Positions 52,257-61,324 of a stretch of DNA of 64,000 nt are shown piece after piece. The notes beneath the pieces are model-generated. The model was not told where the DNA came from and searched no databases. It was given only the letters and a program-made list of their open reading frames with translations. Position numbers and translations under genes: made by a program. Source of the DNA: an uncultured Methanosarcinaceae archaeon (GTDB taxonomy: Archaea > Halobacteriota > Methanosarcinia > Methanosarcinales > Methanosarcinaceae); assembly GCA_963727895.1 (NCBI GenBank), contig CAVSHT010000006.1, positions 32,001 to 96,000 on the forward strand, read 5' to 3'. Positions within the stretch are counted from its first letter, which is position 1. The number at the start of each line of letters is the position of its first letter.

Positions 52257-53384
52257 TTACTCTTCCTTTATTATCCTTACAATGTCGTCTCCGACATCTG
52301 AGGTTGTACTTTTACCACCCATGTCGTAGGTTTTTACTTTGCTTTCCAGGATGTTTTTCTGGATTGCATTAACGATAGTGTCTGCAGCTTCCTTTTCTCC
52401 AAGCTGTTCTATGAGCATTGCACCTGCCCAGATTGTGGCAATAGGGTTGACCTTGTTCTGTCCTTTGTACTTAGGAGCTGAACCGTGAATAGGCTCGAAC
52501 ATGCTTGTGCCTTTCGGGTTGATGTTTCCGCCGGGAGCAAGGCCGAGACCGCCCTGGATCATGGCTCCAAGATCAGTAATAATATCTCCGAACATATTTG
52601 GGGTTACGACCACATCGAACCATTCTGGGTTTTTCACAAACCACATTGTGATGGCATCAACAAAGTTAAAGTCAGTAGTAACATCGGGATGTTTTTCAGA
52701 AATTGCATTGAACTCTTCTCTCCAGAAGCCGTAGATATCGGAAAGCACATTTGCTTTGTCTACAGACGAAACGTGCTTTTTCCGGTTTTTGGCAAGGTCA
52801 AAGGCATACTCGATAACCCTGTCTGTGCCTTCTTTGGAGATAAGACCGATCTGGTATCCTATTTCTTCGCTGTCGGTTTCGATATCAAGCCCTAATTTTG
52901 CAGAGTAGAGCGTTCTTTTTACTTCAAGGAGATCTTTGCTTGTTCCTTTTTTTGCCCTGCCGCCAACACCTACGTAAAAGTCCTCAGTGTTTTCCCTGAC
53001 AACAACAAAATCAATATCTTTTGAGGTTTTGTCTTTGAGAGGAGTCCAGACTCCATCAAGGAGTTTTATAGGACGAAGGTTTACGTACTCATCAAAGTAA
53101 AAGCGCGCAGTTAATAAGATTCCTTTCTCAAGAATACCAGGGACAATCCTTGGATCTCCGATGGAACCAAGGTAAATAGCAGAATACCCTGACAATTCCT
53201 TTAAAGTATCCTCTGAAATCAGTTCTCCTGTCTCAAGGTAGTGATCTGCTCCATGAGGATATTCAATCCATTCTACGTCAAAACCAAATCTTTCGCCGGC
53301 AGCATCTATAACTTTTCTGCCTTCAGCGATAATTTCTGGGCCTATCCCGTCACCCGGGAGGACCGGAGCCTTATACTGCGTCAT
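52257..53384 (-). CDS. leuB: 3-isopropylmalate dehydrogenase (beta-decarboxylating dehydrogenase family)
   Basis: [40 protein letters not shown]; adjacent to leuD. Confidence 0.85.
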   Translation of the reverse strand: MTQYKAPVLPGDGIGPEIIAEGRKVIDAAGERFGFDVEWIEYPHGADHYLETGELISEDTLKELSGYSAIYLGSIGDPRIVPGILEKGILLTARFYFDEYVNLRPIKLLDGVWTPLKDKTSKDIDFVVVRENTEDFYVGVGGRAKKGTSKDLLEVKRTLYSAKLGLDIETDSEEIGYQIGLISKEGTDRVIEYAFDLAKNRKKHVSSVDKANVLSDIYGFWREEFNAISEKHPDVTTDFNFVDAITMWFVKNPEWFDVVVTPNMFGDIITDLGAMIQGGLGLAPGGNINPKGTSMFEPIHGSAPKYKGQNKVNPIATIWAGAMLIEQLGEKEAADTIVNAIQKNILESKVKTYDMGGKSTTSDVGDDIVRIIKEE

Positions 53385-53467
53385 TATTATACTCCTTTCA
53401 AATTTGCAGGCAAAATTGCCTTATTATTGCGAAATATCAAACGCTAACAGAGCTGTTTCTGATGTTT

Positions 53468-53956
53468 TTAGCGTTCAGCGACCAGCTTTCTAGCATATTC
53501 TATAAGCCCTCCTTCATCCACGATTTCACGCACGAAATCAGGAAGAGGAGTTGCCTGATAGGTCTCACCTTTTGTCTTGTTTGTTATAACTCCTGTTGCA
53601 AGATCAACGTCGAGCTCGTCCCCGTCATCTATTCTATCGGTATCAGGGCATTCAAGAACAGGAACTCCGATATTAATAGAGTTCCTGAAAAAGATCCTTG
53701 CAAAAGATTTTGCAATTACGCAGGCTACCTTTGCTCCTTTGAGGGCAAGAGGCGCATGCTCGCGAGAGGAACCGCAACCGAAATTGTTTCCTGCAACCAC
53801 GATGTCATTTTCGTGAACATTTTTTGCAAATTCGGGACGTACGCCTTCAAACGTGTACTTTGCAAGCTCTTCAGGGGTATTGTAAATAAGGTACCTTCCA
53901 GGAATTACTGCATCAGTATCCACGTCATTTCCGAATTTCCAGGCTCTTCCTTTCAT
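53468..53956 (-). CDS. leuD: 3-isopropylmalate dehydratase small subunit
   Basis: [41 protein letters not shown] 53956 after GGTGA. Confidence 0.9.
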   Translation of the reverse strand: MKGRAWKFGNDVDTDAVIPGRYLIYNTPEELAKYTFEGVRPEFAKNVHENDIVVAGNNFGCGSSREHAPLALKGAKVACVIAKSFARIFFRNSINIGVPVLECPDTDRIDDGDELDVDLATGVITNKTKGETYQATPLPDFVREIVDEGGLIEYARKLVAER

Positions 53957-54351
53957 AAAATCACCGATCTTTTGCTGCAATTCACTACTGCTATTATTGA
54001 AATATTTACAGCTGTAAATTAGCTGCATTTACAGGGTTCAAGTATCACAGGTATTATTTAAATTATTTTCTGGCATGATATAATAAATGGTTAACAATTC
54101 TCATCTTTTTACTTGAAAAATAAATTTGGAGGTTTTAAAATAATAAGAAATTGAGAAGTATTCATAATTAGAATCTCATTGTTTACAACAAAATAGTGGC
54201 AAATAAGTCAAATAATATATAAAAACAGATTAAATATAAACTAACTGGTTTTTAAAAACACATATTCAGCAAAAATTATGAAGTTGAGAGCTGATCTCAA
54301 CCTTGAATAGTAAAGTTATCATAAATTAAGACAATTATACAACATATTTGC

Positions 54352-55422
54352 TCAGGATATTATCTTATCCAGCTGACCTGTCTGAGCAGCTATTTTGATT
54401 TCCCTTGCAATTCTCCTTCCGGTTGAGAGGTTTTCTTCCATCAGATCTGCATAAGGAGAGCCTGAGATGTACAGGTTTGTCCCTGCAACAATTCTGGCAG
54501 AAATTTCAAAGACCTTGATTTCAAGTTCATCTGTAAAGACTGTTTCAAGACAGAAAGCTCCTATCATCCCGCCAAAAAGACCCAGAGATTCTTCAACTAC
54601 ACGTTCTCCAAGAGAGAAGATAAGAGGCAGAAGAGACTCTCTAGCTACCAGAGGAACATTTCCTGTTACCACATATGTCGGGCGAATACCGGCTTCTACG
54701 AGTTCTTTGGGTGAACCGAGCCTGAAGATCTCATCGGCATTGGATTCTACCCTTCGATCCATGCTCAGGAGTTCAAGGCTGCCTGTACTTAGAGTATATC
54801 CTTTGTTTCGGATAGGAGAATAGAAGTAATGCAGATAATAGCGAGTTCCCGTGATAAACTCTTGAATTGTATATTTCTGAGTCCGGTCTACGAGTTCATT
54901 GAATTCCTCATAAGTTTTTGCGACGAAGAAACCTTTTCCTCCCTGTGCTCCGTCATACTTAACCATTACAGGTCCGTTTATATCATGAGGATCATCGATT
55001 TTGCCGGGCATGTGAATACCTGCTCCGAGCAGCCATTCCCGTTCCATATTCCTATCAGATTCCCATTCGAGAACGGCACGATTCCCAAAAGTAGGTACAG
55101 CCATCTCTGCAAAATTTTCCGTGCCAAGGTAAGCAACAAATGAGCCATGAGGGATAATAACGACGTTTTTCTTTCTAAGCTCTTCAGCCTTATTCATTAT
55201 ATCATCATAGCTTTCGACAATAAGATATTCATCAGGTTTTGCTTTAGGAAATGCTTCATAAAATTTGGGAGGTTTGCCTAAGCAGATTCCCATAGTTTTG
55301 AAGCCTTCCTTTCGAGCTCCATCGAAGATCTGAAGGCTTGAGTGAGAACAAACTGTCGCAATTGTAATATTTTTTAAATCGTACTCATTTAGATATTCAA
55401 GAACCTGCTGTTTTGTGATCAT
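54352..55422 (-). CDS. purP: FAICAR synthetase (formate:AICAR ligase) PurP family
   Basis: CSHSSLQI..GAR.EGF, PHGSFV.Y, FGNR..L.WE.DR, RESLL, FEISARI.AGTN, GRRIAREI. Confidence 0.92.
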   Translation of the reverse strand: MITKQQVLEYLNEYDLKNITIATVCSHSSLQIFDGARKEGFKTMGICLGKPPKFYEAFPKAKPDEYLIVESYDDIMNKAEELRKKNVVIIPHGSFVAYLGTENFAEMAVPTFGNRAVLEWESDRNMEREWLLGAGIHMPGKIDDPHDINGPVMVKYDGAQGGKGFFVAKTYEEFNELVDRTQKYTIQEFITGTRYYLHYFYSPIRNKGYTLSTGSLELLSMDRRVESNADEIFRLGSPKELVEAGIRPTYVVTGNVPLVARESLLPLIFSLGERVVEESLGLFGGMIGAFCLETVFTDELEIKVFEISARIVAGTNLYISGSPYADLMEENLSTGRRIAREIKIAAQTGQLDKIIS

Positions 55423-55868
55423 GATAGTTACCAGCGGAAAATTTAGAATAGTATATACAATGTTGTATTTAAGGTTAAGGTCTTATTTAGGAGAGAGAAA
55501 TAGCGCTGGATGCATTCCTTCATGAAAATAAAACTTTATATTAAAACCCGTACAAATTAAAAGATAAACCAAATAATAAAGAGGCAGGTTTATAATCTAG
55601 AAAGTAAGCATGGAAGAATTTGAATATCAAGAACAAATATCCACACAAACAAATATTCATACAGGAAAATTTAGACTCTGTATTTGGACATCTGTATATG
55701 GGTATCTCTATCCCACCTAATAGAATGCCGATAAATTAACGAGTTTTAAACACACCTTCGATTCACCCGGAAAATTCTAGTTCCTATTCTGTAAAGGTGT
55801 ATTTTTATAGTATTCGTGCTGATTGTAAGAAAAGGTATATAATAAGAAAAAAGCTAAGTGAGGTTCTC

Positions 55869-56678
55869 ATGAGAGTCGCTTTAAAACTTGCATACGTAGG
55901 CACCCGATTTCACGGCTCCCAGATCCAACCCAATGTTGAGACCGTGGAGGGAGAACTCTTCAAGGCTCTTCGGAATCTCGGAATTATAGAAAGTCCTAAG
56001 TCTGCAAATTATACATGCGCTGGTAGAACCGATGCAGGAGTTCATGCCCTTGGACAGATCGTCGCTTTTGATACCGATAAACCAAACCTTACAATTCCAA
56101 GGATCATAAATTCCGAACTTCACCCAGGAATCTGGGTATGGGCCAACGCAGAAGTACCCCGAAGCTTTGATGCCAGGAGAGATGCGAGTTCCAGGTACTA
56201 CCGATATATGATGAGCGGGAAAGAGTACGATATCTCCAAAATACGGGAAGCTTCAAAACTGCTACTTGGAACTCATGATTTTGAAAACTTTTCAAGGGCC
56301 TATGGAGAAAAAAGTACGATTAGAACCATAGAAAGAATCGATGCTCGCGTAGATGGAGACCTTATAAAAATAGATGTTGTTGGGCATAGTTTCCTATGGA
56401 ATATGGTCAGAAAAATTGTAACCGCTCTTTCGATGATCGGAAAAGGGATACGTGATAATGACTGGATGCTCCAGATGCTGGACCCAGACATTTATGAGGA
56501 AGGAATAGAACCTGCTCCTGCATATGGATTAACCCTTCTGAAAGTGAATTATGATGATCAAATCGAGTGGGTCGAAGATAATTACTCTATAAGAAGAGCG
56601 AGTGAACAAAACCATAAACATATCCTCAAACACAGGATTATGGCAGAAGTACTGGAAGAATTGAGTTATCACGAATAA
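55869..56678 (+). CDS. truA: tRNA pseudouridine(38-40) synthase
   Basis: AY.G..FHG.Q.QP...TVEG, AGRTDAGVHA.GQ, GTHDF.NF, SFLWNMVRKIV. Confidence 0.96.
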   Translation: MRVALKLAYVGTRFHGSQIQPNVETVEGELFKALRNLGIIESPKSANYTCAGRTDAGVHALGQIVAFDTDKPNLTIPRIINSELHPGIWVWANAEVPRSFDARRDASSRYYRYMMSGKEYDISKIREASKLLLGTHDFENFSRAYGEKSTIRTIERIDARVDGDLIKIDVVGHSFLWNMVRKIVTALSMIGKGIRDNDWMLQMLDPDIYEEGIEPAPAYGLTLLKVNYDDQIEWVEDNYSIRRASEQNHKHILKHRIMAEVLEELSYHE

Positions 56679-56831
56679 AAAATGTTTTTAAAGGAATTAT
56701 TAATATTCCATATTTTATTTTGAGATTAATTTTCTGTGATTTGTTTCAATTATGGTTTTATTTTTGCTTTGATTTCTTATTTTCGTGTCCGATTTCATTA
56801 TTTTCCAGTTTCATTCGTTTTCAGTTTCATC

Positions 56832-57875
56832 TTATAATTCTTTCTGAAAAATGGTTATCGTCCTGGTAAGGCTTCGATGTACTCTCTGAGCATAGATATT
56901 AAGTACCGTAAGACCCGCTTTTTCCCCATATTCCGATGAAGCTTTATCCGAAACCACAATTGCAATGCCTCCTGGCTTAAGAATACGCTGGATTTCATTG
57001 AGAGAACAGGAATAAAGCTCTTCCAGAGATTCAGCAAGAATTGCTGCTGATCTTCCATAAGGAGGATCAGTAACAACTGCGTCTATTGTAGCTTCTTTAA
57101 AAGGCATCCTGCAAGCGTCTCCTTCAATCAGGGCATAATCCAGCCGAAAAGCTTCAAGATTCATGAGAGCGCCTTTAACAAGCTTTTCCTGGGCATCATT
57201 TCCTATAACTCTTGCTCCGACAAGCCCGGCTTCAACAAGAATACCTGCAGTACCACAGAAGGGGTCCAGAATGAGTTCTCCCGGCTTTATTCCCGACAGA
57301 TTTACGAGAGCGCGTGCAATTCTGGGCATAAGGACTCCAGGATGGAAAAAAGGCTTATTCTGGGGATTTCTGGCTTCATATGCGCTTCTGTCAATGGAGG
57401 ATAGGAGGGTTCCAAACACAGCTTTTTCACTTAAAATGACCCTGAATTCTATATCCGGACTTTTCAGGTTTGCCCTGAAACCTTTTCTGTAAATGCAGCC
57501 TCCGAGTTTCTGTTCCAGAGATTCACCCGGAAAATCTACGTGATGTTTGATGCGCTTTGCTCTGACAACAAAACTCTGTCCTTCTCTGATGTAGCCTGAA
57601 GGATCAAAGGCTTCTGCAAGTTTCAGGATCGAATCAGGAGTATTTTCGGAAATTTCTACAACTTTCAGGATATGGTGGGTCATTGCCAGCTTGTCGGTTA
57701 TCGGACCTTTAAGGATTTTTTCAATATCCTCTTCTTTGCCAGCGACTTCCACTACCAAACACTGGTCAATAACAATATAAGGCCGGAAATCAAGTCCCTC
57801 ATTTTTGAGACAGGCAAAGACTTCAACAGCGGGCAGTTTTTCATGTTCTCCAGAGAGTTCAAAAGCGTATAACAT
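56832..57875 (-). CDS. THUMP-domain tRNA m2G10 methyltransferase (Trm11/TrmG10 type)
   Basis: ELSGEH..LP, PFFHPG...PRIARALVN, LDPFCGT.GIL.EA, TDPPYGRS, RVHRSLTR. Confidence 0.9.
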   Translation of the reverse strand: MLYAFELSGEHEKLPAVEVFACLKNEGLDFRPYIVIDQCLVVEVAGKEEDIEKILKGPITDKLAMTHHILKVVEISENTPDSILKLAEAFDPSGYIREGQSFVVRAKRIKHHVDFPGESLEQKLGGCIYRKGFRANLKSPDIEFRVILSEKAVFGTLLSSIDRSAYEARNPQNKPFFHPGVLMPRIARALVNLSGIKPGELILDPFCGTAGILVEAGLVGARVIGNDAQEKLVKGALMNLEAFRLDYALIEGDACRMPFKEATIDAVVTDPPYGRSAAILAESLEELYSCSLNEIQRILKPGGIAIVVSDKASSEYGEKAGLTVLNIYAQRVHRSLTRTITIFQKEL

Positions 57876-58050
57876 TGGTGATCCAGAATAGGTTGATAAA
57901 TATAATTTGGAATGAAGTTCGTACATACAGTGTTGGAATAAATATAAAATCCCTGCGTGAAATGTGAAAGTAGTTATTAAAAGTAACTGATAGGTTTGAT
58001 AGTCGTTGTTATTTCATGAGATTCTAGAAAATAGGAGATTTAAAAAATAA

Positions 58051-58790
58051 TGCATTGGTATCTAAAAATAGTTATATACTATTAGAAAGTATATTTCTTC
58101 ATGAACTGCCCAAAATGCAATAGTTCTAATTACAAAAAGAATGGTATAGTTGGCGGGCGTCAACGGTACAAATGCTCTGATTGTGGATATAACTATACAG
58201 TAGAGCTAAAATCAACTGCTTTTTCCGCTTCTGTAAAAAGACAGGCTTTACAACTTTACCTTGAAGGATTGGGCTTTCGTTCAATAGGAAGAGTTTTAGG
58301 GGTGAGTCATGTTTCTGTCCAAAGATGGATAAAGAAATTTGGTCAGGATTTAGAGGACCTAAAAAGTGAAAATGAGATATCTATTGTTGAAATGGATGAA
58401 ATGCACACTTACATCGGTAACAAAAAAAATATTGCTGGATCTGGATTGCTGTTGATAGAGTTGGGAAAAAGTTCATCAACTGCTCTTTTGGCAGCAGAGG
58501 AACAGAAACTGGAAAACTACTCTGGGAAAAAGTGAAGAAAAAAGACATTGGAGAAGTGATGACAGATCACTGGAGAGCATATGCAGAGTTTCTTCCAGAA
58601 AAGATCCATACTCAATCAAAAGCAGAAACATTTACTGTTGAAGGATCTAACAGCATATTGAGGCATTTTCTAGCAAGATTGAGAAGAAAGACAAAGTGTT
58701 ATACGAAGAGTCTTGAAATGCTAAAGTACTCGGTTATTCTATTGATGAAATACAGAAATAAAGAACTAGATATATTTAGATAACAATACC
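58051..58790 (+). mobile_element. IS1-family element, copy 3 (740 bp; full-length InsA/InsB joined by -1 frameshift)
   Basis: TIRs (T)GCATTGGTATCTAAA / TTTAGATAACAATACC; ORFs 58101-58535 and -1 frame to 58783; A8 slippery site at 58422-58429. Confidence 0.94.
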
Positions 58791-59415
58791 CTAGCAATTA
58801 ATGATCATTCATCTAAACTAAGTTATGAATTTCGTTATTTGAAAGGTGTATATTGCTACTATAATAGCAATAATCTCATAACTCACAAAAATAACTACAA
58901 AAAATAATCACAGAAAAAAGTAAGCTCTGATCTAAGATCCAGCTTCATTGCATAATTAATGGTAGTGTGTCAACTTAGATAGGCTTATGGGACCTATAAA
59001 ATGATTCTTTAGTCCTATAAGCTCTATCTGAAGACTTTATCGTATACTCAGGTAAGATGTGTATCGAGGTTTTTGTGCTTCTGCAAATCAAGACAGGTTA
59101 TATAGTCTCGTCTCTATTAATAGCATCGACGACTGATTTATTGACTATTTTGTGAATTGATCTGTGATGACCTTAATGTACTGTTTAATGTCTGTTGTCA
59201 TCTGCATATGCACTTACTGCTCCAGCTGTCAATGTCGCCACAGACATACTGCAAGTAGTAAAATTGCCAATACTTTTTTTATTTGTTTCTTTTATTTGTT
59301 TCTATCTTTTTTAACTCTTATACTTCGAAAAAACCTCCTTTTCTGCTGTTTTATCAATAATTTTTAAACAATTTTTTGAATCAAGGGATTTTCTAAATTT
59401 TTTTGTTGATCAATT

Positions 59416-59490
59416 TAGAACTATGCAGTTGAACTGAACGAGGAAGTACAGCCACCAATAACTTATGTTAATTCAATTGCATAAATTCTA
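59416..59490. repeat. Short family-A inverted-repeat element
   Basis: TAGAACTATGCAGTTGAA ... TTCAATTGCATAAATTCTA. Confidence 0.55.
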
Positions 59491-59871
59491 TTTTGACCAA
59501 CTATTCGTATTGACTTTCTGTCAACAATCCCTAAATAAACTTTATAAAATATAACTATACTTGTATCTGTAAAGCTTTATAGGAGTTTTCTTTTCTAAAT
59601 AAGGTTTATTTGGTGTTTAATTTCTGAAAAATTTCGTAATTATGCATTTAATACTTATCAGAACTCTTTTATTCATTTTTTGTTAATAAACAGTTATATT
59701 TAACTCTAATATTCAAATTTATCCTTATTAGTTTAAATGTTATTTCTTTATTCGAATTATCAATCTTTATTCTATCTTTTATTCCTTTTTTTCAATTTAT
59801 TAAAAAAATAACCCGGTATATTAAATTTATTAGAGAGTACGCTTCTAGTTATCTGTTCTTTTCTATTTTGA

Positions 59872-59964
59872 GGAATTGCAGTTAGTTCGAAGGAAACAAT
59901 AATATATGTGACGAACTGGGATAACAACACTGTATCCGTAATTAAAATACCAAACGTAATGTAA
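59872..59964 (+). pseudogene. Orphan YVTN beta-propeller repeat relic
   Basis: Translates as GIAVSSKETIIYVTNWDNNTVSVIKIPNVM*; no start codon. Confidence 0.7.
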
Positions 59965-60059
59965 TTATTGTTAGTTCCAGCGAGTGCTTTTAGAGAATTT
60001 TTCTAATCTTTTTTTCAGTCGCCTTTAAATCCAATAAATATCTACTATTCCTGATCGAT

Positions 60060-61100
60060 GTGGCACGGAGAAAACAATTTGAGAAGCCCCTTAATGGGGA
60101 CAAGGAATGTTTGCGCTTTGCGACCCCTGAGCCTATTGCCCGCTACAGAGCTCAGCATTTGAAATGTAAGGTTCTGGCTGATATCAGCTGTGGAATAGGG
60201 GGGCAGACTGTCTTTTTTGCACAGCAGTGCGAATTTGTATACGCAGTGGAAATCGACCCAAAAAAAATCGAGTATGCAAAACAGAACTGTGCGATGTACA
60301 GTCTTGACAATGTGAAATTCATTTGTGGAGATGCTCTTGACCCGAAAGTCATTGAGCAGATTCCGGCAGTTGATGTAATATTTTCTGATCCTTTCCGTCC
60401 GGCCGAAGAAAACGAGAGAAAGGTCTCAAGCCTTGAACCTGGAATTCCGAGTGTTTTGGCTGCTTATGGGGAAAAAACACAAAATTTTGCTTTTGAAGCT
60501 CCTCCTCAGATGCCTCCTGAAAGGATCCCTTTTAACTGCGAAAAAGAATACATTTCACTTGATGGGCAGCTCAACCGTCTTACCCTTTACTTTGGAGCAT
60601 TAAAGCAGTATGACCGTATAGCTGTGGCTCTACCTGCAGGAGAAGGATTGGTTTCGCAACAGGGTTTACTCCCAAAGATTAGGGAAATTGAAAAAATGAA
60701 GCTCTGTGCTTATGAACCTGAACCTTCTGTAGTTGCAGCCGGGCTGCTGCCTGAACTTGTAGAATCCATGATGCAGATGGCAGGCCCTCTTATGGGAGGT
60801 TTTGAACTCTTCAGAATTGATAAAAAAAGGCTTTTATTGACTTCAGATTCTCTGATAAAGCAGTCCATGATTAAAAATCATTATCTTGTACTGAAAATCT
60901 GCCCCTTCAAACCAAAAGAGATCAATAAATTCTTGAAAGGCCAGAATATTGGGAGTGTTGTGCTTAGAGCAGGTGTAAAGCCCGAAGAATACTGGAAAGT
61001 TCGAAATGAGATTGAAAAAGGTCTTGAAGGAAATAAAACAATTCACCTCTTTGTAAAAGGTGTGACTGCAATCCTTTGTGAAGTTATATTTAATAATTAA
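60060..61100 (+). CDS. SAM-dependent RNA methyltransferase (cap-guanine-N2/THUMP-like family)
   Basis: RFATP..IA.YRA, AD.SCGIGGQ, AVEIDP, GDAL, FSDP.RP, EY.SL.G.LNRL..YFG. Confidence 0.75.
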   Translation: MARRKQFEKPLNGDKECLRFATPEPIARYRAQHLKCKVLADISCGIGGQTVFFAQQCEFVYAVEIDPKKIEYAKQNCAMYSLDNVKFICGDALDPKVIEQIPAVDVIFSDPFRPAEENERKVSSLEPGIPSVLAAYGEKTQNFAFEAPPQMPPERIPFNCEKEYISLDGQLNRLTLYFGALKQYDRIAVALPAGEGLVSQQGLLPKIREIEKMKLCAYEPEPSVVAAGLLPELVESMMQMAGPLMGGFELFRIDKKRLLLTSDSLIKQSMIKNHYLVLKICPFKPKEINKFLKGQNIGSVVLRAGVKPEEYWKVRNEIEKGLEGNKTIHLFVKGVTAILCEVIFNN

Positions 61101-61324
61101 AAAGAGTTTGATACTCACTAAAAAATTTTGAAAGATATTCAGGTCTAATGAAATTTTTGAAAACAGAACTACGTTTAGTGAAAATTTTGAAAGAAATCTA
61201 GATATGGTAAAAGGTTTAAAATGAAAATTAATAGGACAGATAAAAAAGGAAATTGCCGGGAATTAAATGCCCGGTACCTGTAAATTTACTTTTTTCAGTC
61301 TTACTTACAAACTTACTTACAAAC

